From: Octopus bimaculoides
Lineage: Eukaryota
Assembly (NCBI RefSeq): GCF_001194135.2
Contig: NC_068988.1
Coordinates: forward strand, 93,269,070 to 93,314,549
Length of the DNA stretch: 45,480 bases
Reading direction: 5' to 3'
The translations under genes and the position numbers were made by a program. This document shows, in pieces, positions 12,332 to 23,821 of the stretch (its first letter is position 1; the number at the start of each line of letters is the position of its first letter). Under the pieces are notes generated by a model, which was given only the letters and a program-made list of their open reading frames with translations, was not told where the DNA came from and made no database searches.

Positions 12332-13553
12332 NNNNNNNNNNNNNNNNNNNNNNNNNNNNNNNNNNNNNNNNNNNNNNNNNNNNNNNNNNNNNNNNNNNNN
12401 NNNNNNNNNNNNNNNNNNNNNNNNNNNNNNNNNNNNNNNNNNNNNNNNNNNNNNNNNNNNNNNNNNNNNNNNNNNNNNNNNNNNNNNNNNNNNNNNNNNN
12501 NNNNNNNNNNNNNNNNNNNNNNNNNNNNNNNNNNNNNNNNNNNNNNNNNNNNNNNNNNNNNNNNNNNNNNNNNNNNNNNNNNNNNNNNNNNNNNNNNNNN
12601 NNNNNNNNNNNNNNNNNNNNNNNNNNNNNNNNNNNNNNNNNNNNNNNNNNNNNNNNNNNTATATATATATATATATATATATATGGTCAATACCAGTGCC
12701 CCGTGACTGGCTCCCATGCAATACAAGACAATACAAAGGCAGACACGAGAAACACCAATTAGAAGGACAGGCAAAAAACAAAGACGGGTCATTCTTGGCT
12801 TTCTTTCATCAGTCAAGTCCCAGAAGTCACGACCATTTTGGGCAGTTACACTTGAGATGGTCTGATCTGGTTGCCCCCAAAAAGTCTAAGCTAAAAGCAT
12901 TAGACCCCTGTGTAAGAAAGCTAGCGAATGTGTATGGCTGCTACAGATATGTCATCATTTCATCATTGTTGTTTTAATGTCCACTTTTCCATGCTTGCAT
13001 GGGTCAGATACAGTTCGTTGAAGTTGATTTTCCTATGGCTGGATGCCCTTCCTGTCACCAATCCTCACCAGTATCCTATTATCCTATAGCAATCAGTTGA
13101 AACTTATTTCGTGTTAGGGTTTGTAGTGCATCACAAAATTTCATTGCAGACGTTATCTTGCTAGTTATTCTTTTGTTAAATATTTTCCATCTTTAAAGAT
13201 TAAGTTTTTAAGATTTTCCCATGACCAGACATGTTTTCATGGAACATTGGAAATGAATGACACTGCTTGTTTTATGGTGGCACTTGTTTACAACTAACAC
13301 ACGAGGTCACGACAAGGAGACACAAAGAGACATACAGACAGACACACACACACACATGCATCCATGAGAATTCACTTATTTGATCGACTGATCTGATTGC
13401 TTTTTGGAATGACATTGTAGGGTCAGTATGAAAAGCTGGATATGGCTGGTTTGAACATAAAAGGGAGTATAATTGGTTCAGATATAACTGGTTTAAATGC
13501 TAAAGGGTCAAGGTTTAGCATCTCATTAACAGGAAATGTGTCTCTCATTTCAG

Positions 13554-13643
13554 GAGGACCCTTCTTTACTGCGAGAGCTGAAGGATGATGTACAAAGTGA
13601 ATGCTCAAAGTTTGGAGAAGTCCGGAAAATTGTGATTTATGAC
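13554..13643 (+). CDS. HTATSF1: HIV Tat-specific factor 1 homolog, penultimate coding exon (start of UHM/RRM2)
   Basis: Acceptor tctctcatttcag| and donor |gtaagt, phase 0-0. EDPSLLRELKDDVQSECSKFGEVRKIVIYD matches human Tat-SF1 DDPLVLNEIREDLRVECSKFGQIRKLLLFD as recalled. Confidence 0.93.
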
Positions 13644-14107
13644 GTAAGTGCTATTATATCATTTCCTCTATGTATGTATGTGTGTGTGTGTGTGTGTTGT
13701 TGTTGTTTGTGCTGTGTTGTTTTTTTGTGTTTTGTTGTTGTTTAACCTTAAGCTCAGTCCTGGTTGAGTATACATCAGCATCTGTTACTCCTGTTCAATT
13801 ATTATTGTTATTTTTTTTTGTGGGGGTGGGGTGCTCTGTTTTTGTTCTGCTCAACATAAAAAATGTTGAAGTAAATGACAGGGTTGTGGTCTGTAATATT
13901 CAAAGAATTCAAAGAACTCTAGAACCAATTGGTTCAGTTTCTCTTTGAGGTATTTACTAACAAGAATAAAGAATACCATTTGAAAAAATGAAAAAAAAAA
14001 ATGCGGAAAAGCAAAATAAAATCCATCTGGACCAAATTGTTGTGGAATGGGTTTTTTTTTTTTATTTGAATTTAAAAAAAATTAAAGAATGTTTTCCTTT
14101 TATGATA

Positions 14108-14388
14108 TCTTTTATCTTTTACTTCTTTCAGTCATTAGACTGCGGCCATGCTGGAGCACAAATACAAACATAAAGATGTACGCGTGCACACACACACACC
14201 TCTTTACACACATACCCACACACGACCGGCTTCTTATAGTTTCTGTCTGTCAAATCTATTCCCAAGGCTTTGGTCCGCCCAGGGCTATAGTAGAAGACAC
14301 CTGCCTCTGTTGCCATGCAGTGGGACTGAACCTGGAACCATGTGGTTGAGAAGCAAACTTCTTACCACGAAGCCACACCTGCGTCTCT
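14108..14388 (-). mobile_element. SINE family A in last HTATSF1 intron
   Basis: cagtcattagactgcggccatgctggagcac...ggctatagtagaagacac...cttaccacgaagccac. Confidence 0.75.
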
Positions 14389-15789
14389 AACTAATACTAA
14401 TACTATTATTTCAGAATCATTGTAGAATAGAATTTATTGCGGTGTTATCGTGGGGTCTGTAAATGTGGCCCAGACGGTAACGTGCTGAGCAGTAATGAAA
14501 TTCATTGATTAACTAAGTTCAAATCCAGCCAGCTGCTCCTACTACATCATCTTGTGTAGGTAAAAATTATATTCTGCAATAGAAGTTTATACTAGGGTCA
14601 AAGGGTCACTGACTGACCGGGGTACACCAAAACCCAGGTAAGTGAGTGGACGTAGACCACAGAATTTTAATGTAGTAGTACGCAATCCAAGTCTCTTTCG
14701 TTAAGGGTAACAGTGCGTAGTTCTCTCCCTTGATTCATTTCCTAAACTTGGCTGCTTTTTTCTTTGTCCATCCGCCGTAAATTTATTTTGACAAGTCTTA
14801 TCACAGATTACTTTAAAAATTAGTTTTAAACGCTGAGAACCAACAGTTTATTAATTAATCAGTTTATTTATTTTACTTCTGCATATTATTTCATTAATTA
14901 TTTTTTTTATTTTAATTGCACATAAACATATATTAAAGTAATTTGTTTTTGTAGGAGTCTTAAATTAATAACATGTTTTAAATCGTTTTTTAACTTTGGA
15001 ACTCGAAGGAGGTAAAGCTATAAATGATAGCATATAAATAATGGATTAACAAAAACTCTTGAATGGAAAAGTTGAAGGCTGTCTGTGTTATACGAACCCA
15101 CATCTTCTGGTAGAACGTCAATCTTTGTTTACAAATGATGTGGGTTCGTGTCCCACGGGCACCTTTCGACCTTATCTATCCAAGATCTTTTTTTTAACGT
15201 AATACTTTACACTCGACCGTGATTTCTTTCGTGTCTCTCAAAATTCTTATGACGTAAGCAATAACATGGTTAATTTAAAAGCTTAATTATGGTTTCAGGA
15301 ATTATCTGCCATAGAAATTATTAGTTGACAGCTAACATTTCAAATGCTATAGAACCAAAGAAAGGAAGTTAAAAAAAGAGAACTTCACAGCCGCTCATTC
15401 GAAAATGGTTGTCGTGTAGCCCTAGGTCAGTCCTGACCTAGAGCGCATCTATAATCTGATAGAGCGCATCTATAATTTGAGACATTCCACTCATGACCAT
15501 CTCGTGTTTAAGTGTTTAGTACTACATTTTTTTTTGCATATTCGTAATCTCCGATATCTAAAACGTAGGAATCCGAAAAATAAAAAAAATAAAAATGCAT
15601 TTTTCAAGGAGAGAAGCGAAACTGCATTAGCCCCACATTGTCTAATAGTCCTAATTTTTAAAGACTTATAGGATTTGAGTTGAGGAGGGTTTTGGCTGCT
15701 ATTTCTAGCGGAAGGTGTGACCACACTGTAGTTTGATACCCTTTATCATGTTGATAGGGAAAGGTAAAATACAGCAAACGTTTTTATCT

Positions 15790-16015
15790 TCTATCTTTTA
15801 CTTGTTTCAGTCATGAGACTTTGGCCATGCTGGAGCACCACCTTGAAGAATTTTTAGTTGAACGAATTGTCTCCAGTACTTATTTGTTTGTTTATTCATT
15901 TTTAAGCCTCGTTCTTATTCTATCGGTCTCTTTTGCTGAACCACTAAGTTATGGGTATGTAAACACACTAACACCAGTTGTCAGGCAGTGGTGGAGGACA
16001 AGCACACATGCACAT

Positions 16016-16059
<44 letters not shown>

Positions 16060-16139
16060 GACGGGCTTCTTTCAGTTTCCGTCTACCAAATCCACTCACA
16101 AGGCTTTGGTCAGTTCGAGGCTATAGTAGAAGACACTTG
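15790..16139 (-). mobile_element. SINE family A (head truncated)
   Basis: cttttacttgtttcagtcat...ggccatgctggagcacc...ggctatagtagaagacacttg. Confidence 0.8.
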
Positions 16140-16173
16140 TGTGTATATATGTGTGTATATGTATAAAAAATTT

Positions 16174-16512
16174 AGGCGCAGGAGTGGCTGTGTGGTAAGT
16201 AGCTTGCTTACCAACCACATGGTTTTGGGTTCATTCCCACTGCGTGGCACCTTGGGCAAGTGTCTTCTACTATANNNNNNNNNNNNNNNNNNNNNNNNNN
16301 NNNNNNNNNNNNNNNNNNNNNNNNNNNNNNNNNNNNNNNNNNNNNNNNNNNNNNNNNNNNNNNNNNNNNNNNNNNNNNNNNNNNNNNNNNNNNNNNNNNN
16401 NNNNNNNNNNNNNNNNNNNNNNNNNNNNNNNNNNNNNNNNNNNNNNNNNNNNNNNNNNNNNNNNNNNNNNNNNNNNNNNNNNNNNNNNNNNNNNNNNNNN
16501 NNNNNNNNNNNN

Positions 16513-16547
<35 letters not shown>

Positions 16548-16762
16548 TTGTGTGTCTGTGTTTGTCCCCCCACCATCTCTTGACAACCGATGCTGGTGTC
16601 TTTACGTCCCCGTAACTTAGCGGTTTGGCAAAAAGAGACCGATAGTATAAGTATTAGGCTTAGAAAGAATAAGTCCTGGGGTCGATTTTCTCGACTATAG
16701 GCAGTGCTCCAGCATGACCGCAGTCAAATGACTGAAAAAAGTAAAAGAGTAAAAGAGAGAGA
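16174..16762 (+). mobile_element. SINE family A, full-length across a gap
   Basis: ggcgcaggagtggctgtgtggtaagtagc...NNN...gtgctccagcatgaccgcagtcaaatgactgaaaaaagtaaaagagtaaaagag. Confidence 0.85.
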
Positions 16763-16824
16763 GAAAGAGTATGACACCTGTTGATGCAAAATTTATTTGC
16801 TTGTTTTTCTTGTTGTTGTTGTAG

Positions 16825-17115
16825 CGAAACCACAAAGGTGTGATATCAGTGACTTTCAGAGAACCCGAAGAAGCCGATGAATGTATTGTGGCTTTGAATG
16901 GTCGGTGGTTTGCACAGAAAAAGATCGTAGCTGAGACCTGGGATGGCAAAGAGAAATTCGACATTGCCGAGACGGAAGAAGAACGGCAAGACCGTCTGAA
17001 TAAATGGCAGCAATTCCTCCAACAAGGTTCCACATCGAAGATTTCAAACGAGGCAGGTGGGGAACATAAAACAGAGCTTGCATCAGTGTCCGAAACACCA
17101 TCAGCTTCTACTTGA
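16825..17115 (+). CDS. HTATSF1: HIV Tat-specific factor 1 homolog, terminal coding exon
   Basis: Acceptor ttgtttttcttgttgttgttgtag|, in phase with the previous exon. RNHKGVISVTFREPEEADECIVALNGRWFAQKKIVAETWDGKEKFDIAETEEERQDRLNKWQQFL matches human RHPDGVASVSFRDPEEADYCIQTLDGRWFGGRQITAQAWDG...EETSREREERLRGWEAFL. TGA at 17113-17115. Confidence 0.95.
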   Translation, partial: RNHKGVISVTFREPEEADECIVALNGRWFAQKKIVAETWDGKEKFDIAETEEERQDRLNKWQQFLQQGSTSKISNEAGGEHKTELASVSETPSAST

Positions 17116-17376
17116 TACTCAGCCATTTCACGACTCTGACACTTCGTTTCCGAGGTGTGTGCTGTCTTTTTTTTTTGGTTTTTTTTTTTTTTCACATGAT
17201 AAGAGACAAAAAGCCTGTATGTAACCACTTGCTATATATACACACATATATATATATCTACCTATCTACTACTTGCTGACCATCCGTGCTCCCTTTCTTC
17301 GTAAGTAGAACGGGGAACTGACAATTTTATGAGCTTACAGCAACTAAAGTTGAATAACAATAATTGTTTCTTGCAC

Positions 17377-17403
<27 letters not shown>

Positions 17404-17409
<6 letters not shown>
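17404..17409 (+). terminator. Possible HTATSF1 polyadenylation signal AATAAA
   Basis: First AATAAA I found after the stop codon, formed at the end of an (AAT)n run; no transcript support. Confidence 0.25.
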
Positions 17410-17560
17410 GGGTAGTGTTCTGGCAGAATCGTTAGCACGCTGGACTAAATGCCTAGCAGCATTTTGTCTGTCTTCACATTCTGAGTTCAAACACCTCCAA
17501 GGCTGACTTTGCCTTTCACCCTTTTGGGGGTCGATAAATTAAGTACCAGTTGTATACTGG

Positions 17561-17565
<5 letters not shown>
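17410..17565 (+). mobile_element. SINE family C copy
   Basis: ctggcagaatcgttagcac...gagttcaaac...gtcgataaattaagtaccagttg. Inverted diverged copies lie at about 18420-18600 and 18845-18960, and a + remnant at about 39700-39790. Confidence 0.7.
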
Positions 17566-17596
<31 letters not shown>

Positions 17597-17597
<1 letters not shown>

Positions 17598-18366
17598 CCC
17601 CGATGCAGTACCAGGCAGTGGCTCTCATGGATTATGATCTCAATTGATTGGAAGTGTTATCATGTACATTGTTTTGTCTTGGTATAAAAAGATGGGCTAC
17701 AGCAAATATTCTGCTCAGATTTGCTTGTCAGTTGTTTGACCTTAACCACTTGGGCATGTCCCTTAGTGGCTGACGATGTGGGCTTCTCTGATCACGAGCA
17801 GAAGTAGTGGGGGAGCTTCATAGCCATGTGTGGAGAGGAATTCTTTGGGGTTTGAATAATTCACCTCTGGAAACATGGGTGTTTTGTTCAATATCCTTAA
17901 ACAACCCCAGGGACTTTTTGAACAGGATGGGCAACTCGACCTGAAGAAAATTCTAAGTGGGCCCCACCTGCGTGGTCATGCGCTGTTTATCTTGATATGA
18001 GATCACTATGTCGCGCACATATGGTTGTGATGCATGTGCCTGGTGTACCCTTATCAGACGGGTAGTCATGATGGGTATAATGGGCTTCGTATATTTTACC
18101 CCAGTGTCACNNNNNNNNNNATCCTTAAACAACCCCAGGGACTTTTTGAACAGGATGGGCAACTCGACCTGAAGAAAATTCTAAGTGGGCCCCACCTGCG
18201 TGGTCATGCGCTGTTTATCTTGATATGAGATCACTATGTCGCGCACATATGGTTGTGATGCATGTGCCTGGTGTACCCTTATCAGACGGGTAGTCATGAT
18301 GGGTATAATGGGCTTCGTATATTTTACCCCAGTGTCACTTTGATGGCATGCACTGCTCTCTCACTC
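17597..18366. mobile_element. Repeat family D (~550 bp, (AAT)n on both flanks), copy 1
   Basis: Colinear with 19298-19845; inflated by a 218-bp duplication across a 10-N gap. Confidence 0.8.
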
Positions 18367-19297
18367 AATAATAATAGTAATAATAATAATAATAATAATA
18401 ATGCCTGTTTAAAATGTTTGGCACAAGGCCAGCAACTTTAGGAGAAGTGTGTGATTGATTACATCAACCCCTGTACTCGACTGGTACTCCATTTTATCTA
18501 CACCCTGAAAGGATGAAAGGCAAATTTGCCCTCAGCAAGGTTTGAACTTAAAAATTTAGAGAGCTGGATCAAATACCACAAGGTATTATTCTGGCGCCCA
18601 AATCATTTCTGCTAATCAATTCCATTTGCTGCTGCTGCTACTACTACTACTACTACTACTACAATAATGTTTTTCATTTAGGCTCAAGGCCATCAGTTTG
18701 AATGGGAGGGTTTAGTTGAAGCTATTGACCTCAGAATGGATAAAACAATGATGATGATGTTGGATTCTGGCAAAAGCAAAAAAAAAACAAAACAAAAAAC
18801 AACACCGGTCAGTTTAAGTTGATTGTTCCTTGCTGAATTCAGCTGAGAAGGACGAAGGGCAAAGTTTTTGACTTTAGCAGGATTTGAATACAGAATCTAA
18901 AAGAATGGAACGAAACATCACATCAAACATTTCGTCTGACACTACCGATTCTGTCAACAAGCTTTTGCCTTCTAGATTAACTCTTTTGATACAAAATTCA
19001 CCTGGGGCTGCTCTTGGTTCTGTGACATAAACTTCCTGTTTTAAAGGGATCTGAATTTTAAAAAAAAAAGGACCCAATTTTTCATTGAAATTTTTTATTA
19101 ATTTATGGTCTACTTTTTCGGCTTTAATCATGGGAAAAATGATTTTACAAAGTTCTTCATTCTTTTCAAAATTGGAACAAAGGCAGCTTATTTGAACAGA
19201 AATATGGCAACAAAAGGGGCTAATAATAATAATAATAATAATAATAACAACAACAACAACAACAATGATAAAGATGATAATAGTAGTAATAATAAAT

Positions 19298-19845
19298 GCC
19301 TTGATGCAGTTCCAGGAAATGGCTCTCATGTCTTTTGATTGTAACTGATTGGATGTGTTATCATGTACATTGTTTGGTCTTGGTATAAAAGATGGGCTAC
19401 AGCAGATATTCTGCTCAGACTTGCTGGTCTGTTGCTTAACCCCTAACCAGTTGAGCATGTCCCTTAGTGGCTGATGATATGTGCATCACTGATCATGAGC
19501 GGGAGTAGTTGGGGAGTATCATAGTCTTGTGCTGAGAGGAATTCTTTGGGGTTTGAATAATTCACATATGGAAACATGGGTGTTTTGTTCAACGTCCTTA
19601 AACAACCCTTATTCAGGGACCTTTTGAGTGGGATGGGTTACTCGATCTGAAAAATATTTTAACAGGGCCCCAGCTACAAGTTCATGCATTGTTTATCTTA
19701 ATATAAGATCACCATGTTGTGCACATATGGTTGCGATGCATGTGCCTGGTGTACCCTTATCAGACGGGTAGTCATGATGGGTATAATGGGCTTTGTATAT
19801 TTGTACCCCAGTGTCACTTTGATGGCATGCATTGCTCTCTCACTC
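19298..19845. mobile_element. Repeat family D, copy 2
   Basis: gccttgatgcagttccagg...gatggcatgcattgctctctcactc between (AAT/AAC)n tracts. Confidence 0.8.
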
Positions 19846-19880
<35 letters not shown>

Positions 19881-19889
19881 GGCTACACG

Positions 19890-20120
19890 TATTATAAGCA
19901 TAAACTACAGAGAGTGGTGGAGTTAGAGACTGGCAAAATCCTCTGGGTTTCCCAATCCAAACAGATCAGGTGCTAGAGCATAACAGACCAGAACTAGTGG
20001 TGGTGGACAAGGTGCACCACATGTGCTATATTAGCTGATGATGCATGCCCCTTTAACCTACGAATAGTCAAGAAGGAAGGCGAAAAAATACAACCCCTAG
20101 GGAACCCGAGATGAAGAGAA
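19890..20120 (+). pseudogene. RLE non-LTR retrotransposon relic (R4/Dong-like endonuclease)
   Basis: Frameshifted YYKHKLQRVVELETGKILW-FPIQTDQVLEHNRPELVVVDK..CYI-DDACPFNLRIVKKEGEKI; matches the KILWDFPIQTD..HNRPDIVV..IDVA.P PD-(D/E)xK pattern. Confidence 0.8.
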
Positions 20121-20149
20121 ATAGTAATGTTTAAAAGCAGCCATGTGGG

Positions 20150-20335
20150 TGCCATATAAAAAAAAAGCACCTGGTGCACTGTGAAGTGGTTGGCATTAGG
20201 AAGGGCATCCAGTCCTAGAAACCATGTCAAGAACAGACAATTGGAGCCTGGTGCAGCTCTCTGGCTTGCCACTTCCTGCCAAAATGTCCAACCCTGCCAG
20301 AAAACTGATGTTAAATGTTGATGATGATGATGATA
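20150..20335 (+). mobile_element. Repeat family B tail copy
   Basis: aaaaagcacc...gtggttggcattaggaagggcatccag...gatgatgatgat. Confidence 0.65.
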
Positions 20336-20439
20336 TAAATAATAATAACAATAATAACAATAATAATAATAATAATAATAATATATTTCAATGAGAGTGA
20401 GAAAGAGAGAATTATTATCTGTTTATCGTTTTCTCAGTT

Positions 20440-20794
20440 CTGACTTGGAAGTTTTCGGTCTTTATCTTCGGCCTCCATCTTTTCCACTTTTTTTTTCTCT
20501 TCATTTCATCTTTTTTTACCATTTCCTTTCTTTCCCTCTCTGCTTCCTTCTTCTTTTCTTCTACTCCCCACACCCCACCCCATCACTTTTCTCCTTTTTG
20601 CACTACTTTTTTTTTTCTTTTTCTTTTTCTTTCTGATTCTTGCAGTTCTTTTTCTTCTCTTTCCTTCTTTCTTATCTCTTTTCTTCATCTTCCTCCTCCT
20701 CCCCTTCCTCCCTCTTCCTCCCTCCTCCTCTTCCTCCCTCCTCCTCTTCCTCCCTCCTTCACCATTGTCTTCATTTTCTTCATTATATATCTAT

Positions 20795-20834
<40 letters not shown>

Positions 20835-21120
20835 TACAAGTTGCTTCTTTTCTTTTATGACTTTTTCACCATCCCTTCTCAATTTTAACCCTGGCCCTTC
20901 TCTCCTCACTTTCTCGTTACATCAACACTGCACTGCCTCCCTCCACCCCCAACTCACTCATTTCTTTCACCTCTTCTGCCCCCACCTCTTCTGCACCCCA
21001 TTTCTTTCATATTCCTTTAATCCACCCCACATTCATCAAAATACATCAAATCTTTCTCTCCCCCTCCATTCCCCCCTCTTCCCCCTCTATGTCTTCCTTC
21101 TCTCGTTTTAGTTTTCTGCC
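20440..21120. repeat. Long pyrimidine-rich low-complexity tract
   Basis: Very few G on the + strand over ~680 bp; includes (CA)n and (CCT)n. Confidence 0.85.
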
Positions 21121-21199
21121 CATCATTCATTAAAAGATTCCCTTCCTAATTGGACTCTGGTGTGTTTTGCTTTGACACATTTATGATCATTATTAGAAA

Positions 21200-21362
21200 G
21201 GAAGTTGGATAGCAGAATCGGTAGAGCATTGGATAAAATGCCTTGCAATTTACTTACGTCTCTTCTTGTTCTGAGTTCAAATCGCAATCAAGTACAGTAA
21301 CTGATATATCCAACAGCACCAGATTCTTAAAAATATGTGGTCTTGTGCTTATGTTAAAAATC

Positions 21363-21393
<31 letters not shown>

Positions 21394-22260
21394 AAGGCAG
21401 CGAGCTGGCACAATCGTTAGCATGCTGGCCAAGATGCATCGCAGTATTTCGCCTGTTGCTACGTTTTGAGTTCAAATTCCGCCGAGGTCGACTTTGCTTT
21501 ACATCCTTTCGGGGTCGTTAAAATAAGTACCAGTTGAACACTGGGGTCGATCTAATTGACTCATCCCCACCTCCCCCAAGCTGCTCTTGTGGCAAAAATT
21601 TGAAATAATAATAATAATAATAATTATTATTATTATTATCAAGGCGGTGAGCTGGCAGAAATGTTAGCACGCCGGGCGAAATGCTTAGCGGTATTTCATC
21701 TGTCTTTACGTTCTGAGTTCAAATCCCACCGGGGTTGACTTTATCTTTCATCCTTTCAGGGTCAATAAATTAAATACCAGTCAAGCACTGGGGTCGAGGT
21801 AATCGACTGTACCCCCTTCCCTCAAATTTCAGGCCTTGTGCCTATAGTAGATAGGATAATTATTATTATAATTTCTATTTCTATTATTATTATTATTATC
21901 ATTATTAAGGTGGTGAGCTGAGCGGTATTTCGTCTGCCGCTACGTTCTGAGTTCAAATTCTGCCGAGGTTGACTTTGCCTTTCAGCCTTTGAGGGTCGAT
22001 AAATTAAGTACCAGTAAAACACTGGGGTCGATGTCATTGACTCATCCCCTCCCCCAGAATTTCAGGCCTTGTGCCTTTAATAGAAAGGATTATTAAGTAT
22101 TACGTCTGCTGCTACATTTTGAGTTCAAATTCCGCTGAGGTCGACTTTCCCTTTCATCCTTTCGGGGGTCGAGGAATTAAGTACCAGTTGACTACTGGGT
22201 CGATGTGATCGATTGTTCTCCTCTCCCCAAAATCCTGGCCTTGTGCCTATGATAGAAAGG

Positions 22261-22300
<40 letters not shown>

Positions 22301-22543
22301 GTAGAGCAGTGAGCTGGCAGAATCGTTAGCATGCCAGGCGAAATGCTGAGCAGCATTATGTGCGTCTTTATGTTCTGAGTTCAAATTCCACCGAGGCCAA
22401 GTTTGCCTTTTATCCTTTTGGGGTTGATGAAATAAGAACCAGTTAAGCCCTGGGGGTTTTGTAATTGGCTTACCCCCTTCCATGAACCTGCTGGCCTTGT
22501 GTCAAAGATTTGGAAAGGTATTATTGATTATTATTATTATTAT
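21200..22543 (+). mobile_element. Head-to-tail array of about 6 SINE family C copies separated by (ATT)n
   Basis: Repeated ggcggtgagctggcagaatcgttagc...gagttcaaattccgccgaggtcgactttgcctttcatcctttcggggtcgataaattaagtaccag...ttgtgcct-ATTATT. The central segment resembles a conserved SINE central domain (Nin-type, from memory). Confidence 0.85.
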
Positions 22544-23014
22544 TAACTGGAACTACAGGCAACAGTTTCTGTCAGCTTTATTTAATAATCTCTCTCACAT
22601 ACACACAGACTCTCACAAATGTGTATGCACAAACACACACACACACACGCACACACAGATGTATATATGCAAATTCATACGGATAAAGATGCACATTAAG
22701 GCAGACTGGAACACATAGAGACACTCAGACGAATGCACATCTGTGAATGTGACACAATCTGAATATACTCACATGGACATAAGCACATACACACGAAACT
22801 TCGATACATATATGTGTGTGTGTATGAATGTATGTGTATGCATGTACATGTTTGAACATACATATACGCACATGCACAAATATATGTCTTGATTCTCAGA
22901 AACACATACGCGCACACACACACGTTTTGATATACCGTCTGGTGACATATATATCTACCCATTATTCACTTTGTCATAAAATAAAATGTCTTTGATGTTC
23001 GGTTAATGAAAGTT

Positions 23015-23232
23015 TACAGGTCGGCTGTTAAAAAGCACCTGGACTGGTGCTACGTAAAAAGCAACCAGTACACTCTGTCAAGTGGCTGGCGTTAGGAAGG
23101 GCGTCCAGCTGTAGAAAGACCTTGCCAAAACAGACATTTGGCATCTGGTGCAGCTCCCCTGTTTGCTGGCAATTGTCAGACTGTCCACGCCATTCCAACA
23201 TGGAGAATGGACATTAAATGATGATAATGATT
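23015..23232 (+). mobile_element. Repeat family B tail copy
   Basis: cgtaaaaagcaacc...gtggctggcgttaggaagggcgtccagctgtagaaa...gacattaaatgatgat. Confidence 0.65.
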
Positions 23233-23630
23233 TTCCATATATTCACAATCCAAAATGACCACCCTTTGCTTTTCACCATCATCCTTAAGTTTTTTTTATT
23301 TTTATATCAGCCATTTTCACCCCGCCCCCCACCACAGTTCTTGTACTAGTCATTTCCAATGCTACAATCTGTTAACGTTTTGTTTTGGACTTCCACATTT
23401 AACTACGGGCAAATAATAAACCAAAAGTCTGTTAAAAAGCTTTATACAGGATTTGCAACTATTTTAGTGACTAAAAAAATACTTGAATAATGGGCAAATG
23501 TCTGTGCTGCAGCTGTTATATGCTGCAGTCATACAGAAATCTCATGGTTGTAAGTGTGCGAGTTGCTTTGAAACTTTGTTACAACTGGACAAAGATCTCA
23601 CTCACACAACATAAATATGCAAAACAACTA

Positions 23631-23821
23631 TTGTATTTGATTGGCATAAAAGACGCACGGGCAGCACATTAGACGCACCCCAATTTCAACAGCACATATT
23701 CATTATTTTAGTGCATTTAGTATGTAATAGAAGGCCAACTTTGCATACGGGACCTGGGGTGATCGTTTAGAGACTTTCTTGGTTTTGCAAAAATGTGCGT
23801 CTTATATCCCATGAAATACAA
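23631..23821. mobile_element. pogo/Tc2-like MITE (191 bp)
   Basis: TA-flanked; imperfect ~27-bp TIRs ttgtatttgattggcataaaagacgcac / gtgcgtcttatatcccatgaaatacaa. Confidence 0.7.

Noticed and set aside
12715-12977. KGRHEK peptide resembling Tat-SF1 RMRHER
   Set aside because: The following residues do not match VVIIKNMF, and there is no phase-0 donor.
13411-13608. Overlapping ORFs just upstream of and across the HTATSF1 exon
   Set aside because: The region contains a gatat..ctggtttaaatgctaaaggg MITE-end-like remnant, and the true frame is fixed by homology and splice sites.
17893-18338. Exact 218-bp duplication (17893-18110 = 18121-18338)
   Set aside because: It straddles a 10-N gap and is absent from the second family D copy; most likely a contig-overlap artefact.
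18874-19458. 194-aa - strand ORF
   Set aside because: It is a patchwork of family D, an (ATT/GTT)n microsatellite, a MITE-like fragment and SINE C.
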